A stretch of 64,000 bases of DNA. Origin: a virus. Lineage: Duplodnaviria; Heunggongvirae; Uroviricota; Caudoviricetes; Crassvirales. Below, piece after piece: positions 52,960 to 63,752 of this stretch. The DNA is taken from the IMG/VR virus record IMGVR_UViG_3300028048_000093. One strand, 5' to 3'. A program made the position numbers and the translations under genes. The notes below the pieces were generated by a model. That model was not told where the DNA came from and searched no databases. It worked only from the letters and a program-made list of their open reading frames with translations. The stretch's first letter is position 1; each line of letters begins with the position of its first letter.

Positions 52960-55395
52960 TTGAGTAATATGAGTTTCGGTAATATTAATTTGCCACAGCA
53001 GCAACTGCCAATGTCACAGAAAGGCAGAAAGTGGAGAAAACTCCATTTGGATTGGGCAGACAGCAGGACATTCTTCAATTATGCCCCTGTCAGGAACTCC
53101 ACAATCCACAAGAGAGTCAACTATGACCTCTTCAATGGCAAGTTGCATATGCAGGACTTGGAGGCAGTACTCAACCCTGAGGCTATCAAGGAAAAGGTCA
53201 CTCCATCAGCCATCCAGCATTACCCCATTATTAATAGCAAGTTGCAGGTACTTAGGGGTGAGGAGTCAAAGAGAGTCTTTGACTTCAGGGTTGTTGTGAC
53301 CAATCCTAACTCAATTTCAGAGATAGAGGAGAACAAGAAGCAAGCTCTGCTCCAGCAGCTTCAACAACTGGTTGCTGACCAGTCACATAGTGAGGATGAG
53401 TTCAATCAGAAGCTTGAAAAGCTGTCTGACTACTTCACTTATGAGTGGCAGGATATGAGAGAGGTAAGGGCTAACAACCTCCTTAACCATTACATTAAGG
53501 AGTATGATATGCCTCTTATGTTCAACTCAGGCTTCATGGATGCAGCCATTGTAGGTGAGGAAATCTACCAGTGTGATATTAGGGGTGGAGAACCTATCAT
53601 TGAAAGACTGAACCCACTCAAGGTAAGGGTATTCAAGTCAGGATTCAGCAATAAGATTGAGGATGCTGACATTATTATAATTGAAGACTACTGGTCCCCA
53701 GGTCAGGTTATTGATGCCTATTATGATGTCCTCAGTAAGAAGGACATTGCCTATATAGAGTCTGCTCCAGACATTATCCCACAAGCCAATGAAATGGGTG
53801 AGAGGGATGAAAGGGCAGAGTTTGTCAATCACCACATGATTGATGATGTAATTGCAGGCACTGATGAGTATGGCATGGGATTCTACTTTGACCCATTTGG
53901 TCTTTTCAGTGATGGTGCTGGTGAACTTCTCCCATTTGATACCAATGGTAATGTGAGGGTACTCAGAATGTATTGGAAGTCAAGGAGGAGGATAAAGAAG
54001 GTAAAGAAGTATGACCCTGAGACAGGTGAAGAGTACTTTGACTTCTACACTGAGGACTATGTACTGGATGAGGCTATGGGTGAAGAGGAAGAGATTCACT
54101 ATATCAATGAAGCCTGGGAGGGCACTAAGATAGGTCAGGAAATCTATGTGAACATGAGACCTAGGGTAGTGCAGTACAACAGGCTTACCAACCCCTCAAG
54201 ATGCCACTTTGGAATTGTGGGTTCAATCTACAATATCAATGAGAGCAAGCCATATAGCCTTGTTGACATGATGAAGCCATACAACTATCTGTATGATGTC
54301 ATCCATGATAGGCTTAACAAGATAATGGCTAAGAACTGGGGTAAGATTATACATCTTGACCTTGCTAAAGTACCAAAGGGATGGAACATTGACAAGTGGA
54401 TGTACTATGCAAAGCATAACAATGTTGCAGTCATTGACTCATTCAAGGAAGGTAACATTGGTGCAGCCACTGGAAAGCTTGCTGGAGCATTGAACAATGC
54501 AAGCAATGGTGTCATTGATGCAGAGCTTGGCAATATCATACAGCAGTACATTAACCTGCTTGAGTTCATCAAGATGGAAATGTCTGAGGTAGTGGGTGTA
54601 ACAAGACAAAGAGAGGGTCAGGTAGCCAACAGAGAAACTGTTGGTGGTGTAGAGAGGGCCACTCTTCAGTCATCACATATCACTGAATGGATTTTCACCA
54701 TCCATGATGATGTCAAGAAGAGAGCACTGGAGTGCTTCTTGGAGACTGCCAAGATTGCAATGAAAGGACAGAAGAAGAAGTTCCCATATCTGTTGTCTGA
54801 TGGTTCCATGAGGTTCACTGATATTGACGGGGATGAGTTTGCTGAGTCAGACTATGGACTAGTAGTTGACAATGGCAATGGCATCCAAGACCTCAATCAG
54901 AAGCTGGATATGCTTGCTCAGGCTGGTATTCAGAACCAGATGATTTCCTTCTCTACCATTATGAAACTGTATGGTAGCTCCTCACTTGCTGAGAAGCAGA
55001 GAATGGTTGAGAATGATGAGAAGAGGATTCAGGAGAGACAAGCACAGCAGGCTCAGGCAGAACAGCAGATTAAGCAGAGTGAGATTCAGCAGAAAGCTGC
55101 CCTTGAACAGGCTAAACTTGAACAGGAGAACCTACTCAACCAGAGGGATAATGAGACTAGGGTCATTGTTGCTCAGATTGGTGCTGCAAGCAGACAAGCC
55201 CAAGCCAATGATGGTATTCAGGAGCCTGAATATTCTCAGGAGGCTAAGGATAAGCTTGCAGAACAAATGAGGGAGTTTGATGCTAGGCTTGCCCTTGACA
55301 GAGACAGGCTTGCCTTTGACAAAGATAAGGCTGATGAAGACGCAAGTCTCAAGAGGGCTGCTCTAAAGAAAAAGACTGTAACATCTAACAAATAA
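52960..55395 (+). CDS. portal protein candidate (811 aa) with C-terminal Q/E-rich coiled coil
   Basis: Position immediately after terL and size. No diagnostic motif is visible by eye. Confidence 0.45.
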   Translation: MSNMSFGNINLPQQQLPMSQKGRKWRKLHLDWADSRTFFNYAPVRNSTIHKRVNYDLFNGKLHMQDLEAVLNPEAIKEKVTPSAIQHYPIINSKLQVLRGEESKRVFDFRVVVTNPNSISEIEENKKQALLQQLQQLVADQSHSEDEFNQKLEKLSDYFTYEWQDMREVRANNLLNHYIKEYDMPLMFNSGFMDAAIVGEEIYQCDIRGGEPIIERLNPLKVRVFKSGFSNKIEDADIIIIEDYWSPGQVIDAYYDVLSKKDIAYIESAPDIIPQANEMGERDERAEFVNHHMIDDVIAGTDEYGMGFYFDPFGLFSDGAGELLPFDTNGNVRVLRMYWKSRRRIKKVKKYDPETGEEYFDFYTEDYVLDEAMGEEEEIHYINEAWEGTKIGQEIYVNMRPRVVQYNRLTNPSRCHFGIVGSIYNINESKPYSLVDMMKPYNYLYDVIHDRLNKIMAKNWGKIIHLDLAKVPKGWNIDKWMYYAKHNNVAVIDSFKEGNIGAATGKLAGALNNASNGVIDAELGNIIQQYINLLEFIKMEMSEVVGVTRQREGQVANRETVGGVERATLQSSHITEWIFTIHDDVKKRALECFLETAKIAMKGQKKKFPYLLSDGSMRFTDIDGDEFAESDYGLVVDNGNGIQDLNQKLDMLAQAGIQNQMISFSTIMKLYGSSSLAEKQRMVENDEKRIQERQAQQAQAEQQIKQSEIQQKAALEQAKLEQENLLNQRDNETRVIVAQIGAASRQAQANDGIQEPEYSQEAKDKLAEQMREFDARLALDRDRLAFDKDKADEDASLKRAALKKKTVTSNK

Positions 55396-55400
55396 AAGAT

Positions 55401-56513
55401 ATGACTAATCTATTTACCCAGGAACAAATTGATGAGATAAGGTACAGACTATCCATCCAAAGTGGGTCAAAGGACACTCAGTTTGACTTGGCTGACCTTC
55501 CTCTTAAGGGTAATGAACAGATTGCCATTGTGCAGGATGGGGTCAACAAGAGGGTACAGGTTGATGAGTTCTTCCAGTCACTGAATGATTTCGGTCTTGT
55601 TGACTTCTTCAATGTGTCACATTATTATAATAGGATGACTGAGTCCTATGAGGAGTATAGGATGACACTTGAAGATGCTGTTAATTACTGTCCCCCTGAT
55701 GTTCACAGAGGTGGTCAGGTTATCACATTCATGGGCACTGACTATGAATGGCACATCTGGCAGTATCTGGGAGATACTCCTGAGAACTGGACTGATATTG
55801 AGAACTATTGGGTTGACCTTCTAGTTGCAAAGTCAGTTATTGAGGATAGTCCTCTTGTATCACCTGTACTTAGTGGTAGGTGGACTGTGGGAAATGCCTC
55901 TTACACTGACAAGGACATTGTTGCTGAAAGAGGATATACTGCTACTTGGGAAGGTAACTTCCAGTGGAATAAGGAAGATGGTCACAAGTCACCTGAGAGA
56001 ACAGATGGTGATTTCGGTGATTCACTGCCTGCAAGTGGACTGCCCTCCTCTACTCTTTCCCAATCCTTCACTGATAGTGGCAAGATTGAACAGTCACTAT
56101 TTGCAGAGAAGATTGGTATGATTGTAAAGGGTGAGAAAGTAGTCAATGCTACTGGTGAGGATGAAACCAAGGATAGTGTATCTGTTACCTTCAAGGACAG
56201 ACTATTCTACGGACTTACTGATGGTGTACCTACAGCTGCACAAATCAAGAATCTGACTTCAGAACTTGTAAGCAGCAGGGCTAAGACAATCAGGAACATC
56301 ACTGCTCCTAAGACCAAGTACTTTGTCTATGCCTATCCTAAGTCTCTTGGAGACCTTACAAACATCATTCAGGATGGTGCTACTCCAGTACTTACAGCCT
56401 TTAACAAGTATGAGGTTGACTATGTAGCTATTCCAGGCAATACTGTCAGACTCAATGTCTATGTATCAGCCAATGATGGTGCATTTACTAATGTTCAACT
56501 ACAATTCATTTAA
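55401..56513 (+). CDS. virion structural protein candidate (370 aa)
   Basis: ORF track entry in the structural block. Confidence 0.45.
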   Translation: MTNLFTQEQIDEIRYRLSIQSGSKDTQFDLADLPLKGNEQIAIVQDGVNKRVQVDEFFQSLNDFGLVDFFNVSHYYNRMTESYEEYRMTLEDAVNYCPPDVHRGGQVITFMGTDYEWHIWQYLGDTPENWTDIENYWVDLLVAKSVIEDSPLVSPVLSGRWTVGNASYTDKDIVAERGYTATWEGNFQWNKEDGHKSPERTDGDFGDSLPASGLPSSTLSQSFTDSGKIEQSLFAEKIGMIVKGEKVVNATGEDETKDSVSVTFKDRLFYGLTDGVPTAAQIKNLTSELVSSRAKTIRNITAPKTKYFVYAYPKSLGDLTNIIQDGATPVLTAFNKYEVDYVAIPGNTVRLNVYVSANDGAFTNVQLQFI

Positions 56514-56516
56514 GAT

Positions 56517-57293
56517 ATGGCAGAGAACAAACTATTCTATCCAGCCAAACTTGCATCCAATAACCCTGATACCTATGGTATTGTGGATGCAACTGAAGTC
56601 TCTGGCTTCAGGGCTATTGTATCACTAGACAAGCTGTTTGCCCTGCCTGATTCTATTCTTAGTATCACTAAGACAGGTGAGGATGCAGTAGGACAGTATT
56701 GGTGGGTCATTGCTGATGGTGCTTACTGGCAGCTGGTTAATTGGGCTGGCAGGAGAAGTGCAGCAGGATGGGTTAAGATTGTACCTAAAGTGATGTCAGA
56801 GGCAGCTAGTGAAGTTGACTATGAAGCTGAAAGAGTACAACTGAAAGGTGGTACTGAGAGTAACCCCAAGAATATTAACCCAATTACCACTACTACCAAT
56901 GTCTATGATGAGAATTTCAAGGAGAGAAACCTTGAGCTTCTGTCTGACATTCTGAAAGACTTTGACTATAGGATTGACTATGCTACTGAAGCAGCCCTTA
57001 CTGATGGTCTGCTACAAGGTATTGCTACTCCAACTACCAATCCTCTTGTAGAACCAGGCCAGAAAGTTGCCTATGTAGCTACTCAGGCTGGTGAATATAC
57101 TCACTTCGAGGATAGTGAAGGTCATCCTTTGTCACTTGACAGGTTTAGCATCGGTATTTTCTACTATGATGGAGAGTCTTGGCAATTAACAGTCCTTGAT
57201 GTGGAGCAAGACAGAGTCTTTGATGGTGGCAGGGCAGATACCTTCTATGGAGGTGCCAGAGAAATTGATTGTGGCAATGCCTCAAGAATATAA
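56517..57293 (+). CDS. virion structural protein candidate (258 aa)
   Basis: ORF track entry. Confidence 0.45.
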   Translation: MAENKLFYPAKLASNNPDTYGIVDATEVSGFRAIVSLDKLFALPDSILSITKTGEDAVGQYWWVIADGAYWQLVNWAGRRSAAGWVKIVPKVMSEAASEVDYEAERVQLKGGTESNPKNINPITTTTNVYDENFKERNLELLSDILKDFDYRIDYATEAALTDGLLQGIATPTTNPLVEPGQKVAYVATQAGEYTHFEDSEGHPLSLDRFSIGIFYYDGESWQLTVLDVEQDRVFDGGRADTFYGGAREIDCGNASRI

Positions 57294-57316
57294 ACTGACT
57301 TATTAAGAGAAAGCAA

Positions 57317-57353
57317 ATTACTTAAACCCTTGGTTATGTCCAAGAGTTTAAGT
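57317..57353 (+). terminator. long hairpin (15-bp stem) between structural genes
   Basis: GCAAATTACTTAAAC ... GTTTAAGTAATTTTGC, with a nested CCTTGG/CCAAG hairpin in the loop. Confidence 0.45.
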
Positions 57354-57395
57354 AATTTTGCAGTCAAAATGAATAAATCCAATAATTAACTGATT

Positions 57396-58607
57396 ATGGC
57401 AGACAGAATACAACTAAGGAGAGACACTCGTCTTAGGTGGGAACAGATTAATCCTATCCTACTTGAGGGTGAGGAAGGCTATGTCCTTGACAATCCCAAC
57501 CTATATAAGCTGGGTGATGGTATTCACACTTGGAATGATTTGCCTTGGAGAGGTTACAATGGTAATGTAATCAATGAGAACCTTGGGGCAGATGAGCAGG
57601 CTGTGGTATCAGAAGCAATGACTAGCAAGCTTGCCACTGAGATTAATGTCTCAATCCTTTATCCTACAGGTGGTCCTAATGGAACCAACCTCTATGATAT
57701 TGACACTGCCATCACCAAACTGCCTGAGTCAGTGCAGAGGAAAGGTATCAAGGTATCATTCCTTAATGCAGAAGCTGACTATGAGGTATGGCAATTTGTT
57801 GGTGAGGACATCACTATGGTCAGTGACTGGGAACAGTGTGGTTCTCCTACCAGGGGTCACATTATCCAAAATGACCAGTACATCTTTGCCATTGTTGATG
57901 ATGAGGGCAATCTGCTTCTAGGTATTGACTTCTCTGGTTCCATTGTTGCCTCAAAGGGTATGTCAGATGAGACTAGGGAAGAGTTCAGGAAGCTGGTAAG
58001 ATGGCAGGAGAAACAGGATGACAGGCTGCTTTTGCTTGAGCAGGGTCTGTGGCCACTTGAGGTTACTTACTCACTTAGTAAGAGTGCAGTAGAAGTAGGA
58101 CAGGAGTCCACAATCGTGGCTAATGTCAAGGTGATGAGAAAGGGTGTAGATGTTACTGCTGATGCAGACATCACTATTAATGGAGAACACACCACATCCT
58201 TTGTGGTTACTCCTGAAGAGACTGGCACTCTCAACTTTGCATTGGTTGTTGAGTATGAGGGTCTGTCCTATGCTGACACTAAGACAGTTGCTGTCACCTA
58301 TAAGACCTACTATGGTAGTGTATCTCCTTCATTCATTCCTGATGAAGAGGTTATCAAGGGTCTTTCCTCAGTGGTTATTCCTACTAATAAGTATAAGGTA
58401 AGCGGCATTAACCTTGCCTATGAGAAGTTTGTATATGCTTATCCTATTAGTAAAGGTGAGCTTACTACCATTACTGATGAGAATGGCTATGAACTCATTG
58501 ACTCATACTCAAGGTCTGTAGTTGCTATTGATGAGATAGAGTACTACTGCTATGTGCTGACTAACCCAATAACTATTTCAAACGGAGTTCAGAACTATGG
58601 AAATTAA
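57396..58607 (+). CDS. tail/fibre-associated protein with one copy of the ~38-aa repeat
   Basis: DQYIFAIVDDEGNLLLGIDFSGSIVASKGMSDETREEF matches the repeat family of the next gene. Confidence 0.5.
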   Translation: MADRIQLRRDTRLRWEQINPILLEGEEGYVLDNPNLYKLGDGIHTWNDLPWRGYNGNVINENLGADEQAVVSEAMTSKLATEINVSILYPTGGPNGTNLYDIDTAITKLPESVQRKGIKVSFLNAEADYEVWQFVGEDITMVSDWEQCGSPTRGHIIQNDQYIFAIVDDEGNLLLGIDFSGSIVASKGMSDETREEFRKLVRWQEKQDDRLLLLEQGLWPLEVTYSLSKSAVEVGQESTIVANVKVMRKGVDVTADADITINGEHTTSFVVTPEETGTLNFALVVEYEGLSYADTKTVAVTYKTYYGSVSPSFIPDEEVIKGLSSVVIPTNKYKVSGINLAYEKFVYAYPISKGELTTITDENGYELIDSYSRSVVAIDEIEYYCYVLTNPITISNGVQNYGN

Positions 58608-61600
58608 GGGTACAAAACTATTTGATGGATTTGTCTTTCTAGGTAAGGAGTTCCTAGACAAAAGGTCTAGTGTCCTTTCTCTTAATAACCTGAAAGACAT
58701 TGACCCCAATACCATACCTGAAGGTTTCAGAGTCTATGTCAAAGAGGTGAAGCAATGGTATCAGTATGATGCTGACTTCCACTCAGAAATGACTGGTCAC
58801 TGGAGGACTTCTGAAGGTATGGAGGAAATTGACTCTGAGGAGTTCATCTATGCCATTGTAGACTCTGAGGGAAAGATACTTTCAGGCATTAAGGTAGACG
58901 GCACTGTCTATAATCCTACCTTGGAGACAGGTAATGCTGTGTTCTCATCAATGAATGTTGATGAGTTCCTATGGGCAGTAGTTGACATGAACCAGCTTAT
59001 CCTCTTTGGTATTAAGAAGGATGGTTCACTATATGCTCCTAAGGGTGTACCTGATGAAGTTGAAGAAAGGTTCAATCAACTCTCAGCTCTCACAGTCCTG
59101 ACTAACACAGATAACTGGCTGTTTGCATTTGTTGACCCAACAGACACTGTTGTCTGGGGTATTCAACCAGATGGCACTATCTATCAGGGTAAGGGTATTC
59201 CTGATGATGTAAAGGCAGAGTTCAAGAAAGTATGGGGCAGACTCAGTGACTTTGATGAACTACAAGTGCTTGAGAATGATGGTGTTTGGCTATTTGCTAT
59301 CACTGACTCAGAGGGTAAGGTTCTATGGGGTATTGAAGCTAATGGTAACATTTACCAGGGCCTAGGTATTCCTGAGGAGACCAAGAAAGAACTCTCTGAT
59401 ATTAAATCAAGGATGAAAGAGTTGGCTGGTCTACAAGTGTTGGAGAACACAGATAACTGGCTATACGCTATCCAAGATACAGAAGGTTCTATCCTATGGG
59501 GCATTGAGCCTGATGGTACAATCTATCAAGGAAAGGGCATCCCTGAGGATGCTAAGGAGTGGCTACAACAGCTGACTGACCTAGGATATAAGGTGATGCA
59601 GAATGAGCAGTACCTGTATGCAATCTGTGATGAGGATGACAATGTACTCTTTGGTATTGACTATAAGGGTAGGTCTGTTGTCAATGCAATCACTGGTATT
59701 GGTACTGTAGAGGTTGTTGAGACTGACAAGTATGTCTATGCAATCTATGACAGCACAGGCAATATGCTCTTTGCAATCCTTAAAGATGGTACTTGCTGGA
59801 TGTCCAAGTTTGATGGAGAGTCTGCTTCTGACATTGCAAATGGTTATCTTTCAGGTCTTGATGATGAGGAGTTCATCCACATTGTAAGAGACTCTGAGGG
59901 CTACATTGTCCTAGGTGTAAGATGGGATGGTTCCATCTACATTCCTAAGGGTATGTCAGAGGATGCAAAGCTCTACTTCAAGCAGGTTGACAAGAGGTTT
60001 GCCAATGTTGAGGCAGACATTGACTACTTGAAGAAACATGGTAAGGACTGGTCTGATGAAGCTGACCTATGGCTACCTATTCCTAGAGTATGTGCAAGAG
60101 TTGAGATTGAGGGTACAATTCCTACTTCAAAATATATTCCTGTTGATGGCAGACTTACCTATAGTGACTTCGATGGTAACTCATTTACCAAGAAGATTCA
60201 GTGGAACATTCAAGGTAACATTTCAGCAGGCTTTGACAAGAAGAACTACTCTATTGACCTCCTTAGTGAGAATGATGAAGAGTTCACAGTCCAGTTTGGT
60301 ACTTGGGTTCCTCAGGATTCATTCCACTTGAAGGCTCACTACTCAGACTTCTGGAAGACAAGGGCTATGTGTGTGTATAGGCTTGCAGAGCTTATTTCAC
60401 AGTACAGACCTTATTATAACAGGAGACCTTGGGATAAAATCTTCGGTGCTGCTACTCAGCAGACAGCTGATGCACTCAAGGGTGGTATTGGTGAGGTTGA
60501 CCAAGATATGAGGGATGGTGCTCTAGGCAGACCTGATGGTTTCCCATTCATGCTCTATATCAATGGCAAGCCTTATGGTATCTACACTTGGAATATTAAG
60601 AAGAGCAAGGATAACTATCATATCACCAAGAATGATGATACTGGTGCTCAGATGTTCTTTGGAGACTACATGACAGGTGTATTCCAGAGACTCAACTATG
60701 ATTACTGGGCAATCGTTGACTGGGATGTTCAACTAGTCAGTGGTGCTGGTGATGCAAGGAGTGCTGTTATCACTTCATATAGCTCTAGCAATGGTGCTCA
60801 TGCGGTTATGGAGAGTGCTGGTGTTGAGGGTATGACACTCTCAATTACCAATAGCTCTACCACTTACACATATCCTGTTTACTACAATGGTGCTCCTGTG
60901 ACAGCAGAGAATACTTGGGCAGCAGGTGATTGTGTATATATCAAGAGAGAGGGTACTTCTCCTGACTACCACTTCAACCTTGTCAAGAGAGAGAGGTGGA
61001 CTGAGGACACACCTTATGCAGTCAATCAGATTGTGTATGACCCTGAGACCTTTGATTATGAGGTTAATGGTAATACATCTTCTGTAACTATCAGGAGAGT
61101 TTTCAGGCTTCAGGTTTCAAACAACACTACCTTCGCAGGTATTGAGTATGATGATGAGACAGGCTTTGCTTATCAGACAGTGTACTACATTGATGAAGAG
61201 ACTGGTCAGCAGATGACTAGGAGAGGTGGTAAGATTTCTCCTTATTACAACTCTTTGAGACCTTCTCAGATTTGCTGGAGACACCTTGAGGTAAGGAATC
61301 CTAAGAAGACTGTTGTGAGATACCCACTTGGTAAGCAAGATGGTGTCATGCAGTACCAGTATGAGTACTACAACTATGACAGCCCAGCAGACTTTGCATA
61401 TAGTGGTGTGTATGAGTACACACATGAGATTATCTCTTCTGATATGATTTCAGAGAAGAATCTCACAAAGCTCATTGCAACAGGTGAGACTAAGGCTTTC
61501 AGTAAGAAAGAGTACAACAGGTCAGTGAACACAAGAGCCAATCTTGAGAAGTATAGTAGGGTAATCCCAGTTCTCAGAACCACTCTTACTCCTAGAAACC

Positions 61601-62589
61601 TCTTTGATTGGGGCTTCATGGGTGATGAAGCAACTCTGGAGAACTATCAGGAGATTTGGGATGCTCTAACAACAAGTCAGCAGGCAACTCTGACCAACCA
61701 TGTGAAGAAACAAATCTTCACTGAGCACCATGATGTTGACCATGCTATTGACTTCTTCCTTGTGTACAATGCTACCAACTACTATGATAGTATCACTCAC
61801 AACACCCTTTACACTACCTATGATGGTAAGAAGGTTGTTCCTAACCTGTATGATACTGACATTGCACTTGGTATGTCATCTACCTACACTAACTCATTCC
61901 CTGCTGTTCCATCAGGTGTACTAAATGCAGGTGATGCCACATTTGTTGGCTGGCTCTACAGATACTACATTGATGAAATCAAACAGAGGTGGAAAGAGTA
62001 CAGGGATGCAGGTGTTATCAGTACTGCAAGCTTCTCTAAGCTTGTCTATGACCTTACTGACAACATTGGTGTTGAGAATTACAAGACTGAGCTTAAGCTG
62101 TGGACACAGCCTGGTTACAGAACCCCTGTTTACTGGAGGATGCCAGCAGGCTCTCTGACTGCAATTACTAACAAGAGTGGTGAGTTCAAGTCTTGGGGTT
62201 ACAATGAGGACAATAACAACTATGCTAGTATGCCTGCTGCACTCAAGGCTCTATATGATGCAGACCCAAGTTCTGTTGAGTATGACCCAGAGAGGCAGTA
62301 TGTAAGTGCAAATGGTACTACTGAGACTATGTACTGCACCATTACAGATGGTGATACAGTTCATTGGTATCAGTGTACTGCAAACTGTAAGGGTCAGAAT
62401 CCTACTGAGACTTACACTTGTGGTAGTCCTACTAGCGGTGGTGTTATTGACTCACCAAAGAGAACAATCAAGTGGTTTGAGCAGAGGCTTGCATACCTTG
62501 ATACTCTATGGGCTTATGAGCCTGCACCTGACCCAGGTGCTGATTCAAGCATCCCTTCGAGTGTTATTGATGACATTATTAATGGCTAA
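58597..62589 (+). CDS. large tail-fibre-like protein (1330 aa) with at least 8 tandem ~38-aa repeats
   Basis: Repeats of the form [DE]x[FWY]hhAhxDxxGxhLxGIxxDGThYxxKGhP[ED]x (for example DNWLFAFVDPTDTVVWGIQPDGTIYQGKGIPDDVKAEF) span aa 80-480. About 850 aa of non-repetitive C-terminal region follow. Confidence 0.55.
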   Translation: MEIKGTKLFDGFVFLGKEFLDKRSSVLSLNNLKDIDPNTIPEGFRVYVKEVKQWYQYDADFHSEMTGHWRTSEGMEEIDSEEFIYAIVDSEGKILSGIKVDGTVYNPTLETGNAVFSSMNVDEFLWAVVDMNQLILFGIKKDGSLYAPKGVPDEVEERFNQLSALTVLTNTDNWLFAFVDPTDTVVWGIQPDGTIYQGKGIPDDVKAEFKKVWGRLSDFDELQVLENDGVWLFAITDSEGKVLWGIEANGNIYQGLGIPEETKKELSDIKSRMKELAGLQVLENTDNWLYAIQDTEGSILWGIEPDGTIYQGKGIPEDAKEWLQQLTDLGYKVMQNEQYLYAICDEDDNVLFGIDYKGRSVVNAITGIGTVEVVETDKYVYAIYDSTGNMLFAILKDGTCWMSKFDGESASDIANGYLSGLDDEEFIHIVRDSEGYIVLGVRWDGSIYIPKGMSEDAKLYFKQVDKRFANVEADIDYLKKHGKDWSDEADLWLPIPRVCARVEIEGTIPTSKYIPVDGRLTYSDFDGNSFTKKIQWNIQGNISAGFDKKNYSIDLLSENDEEFTVQFGTWVPQDSFHLKAHYSDFWKTRAMCVYRLAELISQYRPYYNRRPWDKIFGAATQQTADALKGGIGEVDQDMRDGALGRPDGFPFMLYINGKPYGIYTWNIKKSKDNYHITKNDDTGAQMFFGDYMTGVFQRLNYDYWAIVDWDVQLVSGAGDARSAVITSYSSSNGAHAVMESAGVEGMTLSITNSSTTYTYPVYYNGAPVTAENTWAAGDCVYIKREGTSPDYHFNLVKRERWTEDTPYAVNQIVYDPETFDYEVNGNTSSVTIRRVFRLQVSNNTTFAGIEYDDETGFAYQTVYYIDEETGQQMTRRGGKISPYYNSLRPSQICWRHLEVRNPKKTVVRYPLGKQDGVMQYQYEYYNYDSPADFAYSGVYEYTHEIISSDMISEKNLTKLIATGETKAFSKKEYNRSVNTRANLEKYSRVIPVLRTTLTPRNLFDWGFMGDEATLENYQEIWDALTTSQQATLTNHVKKQIFTEHHDVDHAIDFFLVYNATNYYDSITHNTLYTTYDGKKVVPNLYDTDIALGMSSTYTNSFPAVPSGVLNAGDATFVGWLYRYYIDEIKQRWKEYRDAGVISTASFSKLVYDLTDNIGVENYKTELKLWTQPGYRTPVYWRMPAGSLTAITNKSGEFKSWGYNEDNNNYASMPAALKALYDADPSSVEYDPERQYVSANGTTETMYCTITDGDTVHWYQCTANCKGQNPTETYTCGSPTSGGVIDSPKRTIKWFEQRLAYLDTLWAYEPAPDPGADSSIPSSVIDDIING

Positions 62590-62598
62590 ATAAACAGC

Positions 62599-62632
62599 TC
62601 CCTCTCGAAAGGGAGGGAGCATTTTTCTAACT
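62599..62632 (+). terminator. rho-independent terminator
   Basis: GCTCCCTCTCGAAAGGGAGGGAGC followed by ATTTTTCT. Confidence 0.6.
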
Positions 62633-62652
62633 TCTAATTTTTTATAAGATTT

Positions 62653-63249
62653 ATGGCAAATTATCTTGACGCTGCTGGTCTTAACCAGTACACTACCGCC
62701 CTTAAGAATGGTACTCTTAAGGTGGGTGCAGCAGGTGCTGCTGATGAGGTTCCCGCATCTGGTATTCAGGGTGTGATTGACCTTGCTAATCTTCCTGCTG
62801 GTGCTCTTGAGAGGATGGTTGTAGTTGCTGATGAGACAGCAAGACTGGCTCTGACTACAGCTAGTGTTCAGAATGGTGATACCGTTAAGCAGAGTGACAC
62901 AGGTGTCCTTTACTTTGTGAAGGATGACACCAAGCTTGGTGGTGCTGATGCTGCTCAGGCATTTGAGGTTTACACCGCAGGTTCTGCTACATCTGCTCCT
63001 TGGAGTGGTATTACTGGCAAGCCTGAGAGCTACACTCCATCTGCACACAATCAGGATGGTAGCACAATCAATGCACTGACTGGCTATGCAAAGGCTTCAT
63101 CAAAGGCTGATGTTGCTCCTGCTGATTCCCTGATTGCTGCTATCGGTAAGCTGGAGAAGAAGGCTGATGATGCTGCTGCCGCTGCTGCTGACTATGCAGC
63201 TATTGACAGCACGGACATTGCTGCTATTATTGCAGGTACTTGGAGCTAA
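62653..63249 (+). CDS. Ala-rich structural protein candidate (198 aa)
   Basis: ORF track entry. Low-complexity A/G/T-rich sequence. Confidence 0.45.
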   Translation: MANYLDAAGLNQYTTALKNGTLKVGAAGAADEVPASGIQGVIDLANLPAGALERMVVVADETARLALTTASVQNGDTVKQSDTGVLYFVKDDTKLGGADAAQAFEVYTAGSATSAPWSGITGKPESYTPSAHNQDGSTINALTGYAKASSKADVAPADSLIAAIGKLEKKADDAAAAAADYAAIDSTDIAAIIAGTWS

Positions 63250-63268
63250 ACCACTAAACCATTAGTGT

Positions 63269-63715
63269 ATGAATTTCCTAGATGCGTTTGGTCTCAATGA
63301 GTTCTTCAAAAGCATCAAAGGCATCTTTGTCAAAAAGGAGAATATCAAACCATATACTAATTCATATCAGATAGTGGATATGGGCAATTACCTTTCTGCT
63401 GTAGTAGATAAGGACAGCCATATTCTCTGTTTCATTGATAGTAATGGTAAGGTACATCATCCTATTGGCACTGTAACATCAGGACTCTCCGTAGAGGGTG
63501 ATGCTGCCATTAGTGGCAAAGCCCTCATCGGGGACTCCAAGTTACTAGAAGCAGATGAGGGTGGCATGGTCTTTACTCTCATTGACCCAGAGAATCGTAT
63601 GCTTCTATGGATAAATACTGATGGTACTGTGGATTTCCAAGGAATACCTACTGATGTTAAGGAAGAGATTGAGGCACTAAAGACTAGGGTTAAAGCATTG
63701 GAAGATGCTCAATAA
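63269..63715 (+). CDS. small protein with two copies of the ~38-aa repeat and C-terminal coiled coil
   Basis: GNYLSAVVDKDSHILCFIDSNGKVHHPIG and GGMVFTLIDPENRMLLWINTDGTVDFQGIPTDVKEEI. Confidence 0.45.
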   Translation: MNFLDAFGLNEFFKSIKGIFVKKENIKPYTNSYQIVDMGNYLSAVVDKDSHILCFIDSNGKVHHPIGTVTSGLSVEGDAAISGKALIGDSKLLEADEGGMVFTLIDPENRMLLWINTDGTVDFQGIPTDVKEEIEALKTRVKALEDAQ

Positions 63716-63728
63716 CCCTCTAAAGCCT

Positions 63729-63750
63729 AAGCTAAGTAATTTACTTAGGT
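63729..63750 (+). terminator. hairpin with AAGTAA-T-TTACTT core
   Basis: CTAAGTAATTTACTTAG. Confidence 0.4.
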
Positions 63751-63752
63751 CA

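Noticed and set aside
50629-62589. Stop-codon reassignment (TAG or TGA recoding) as in many crAss-like phages
   Set aside because: The late genes here form long uninterrupted ORFs of 750, 811 and 1330 aa under the standard code. There is therefore no evidence of recoding within this window, although one atypical CTA-containing tRNA is noted separately.
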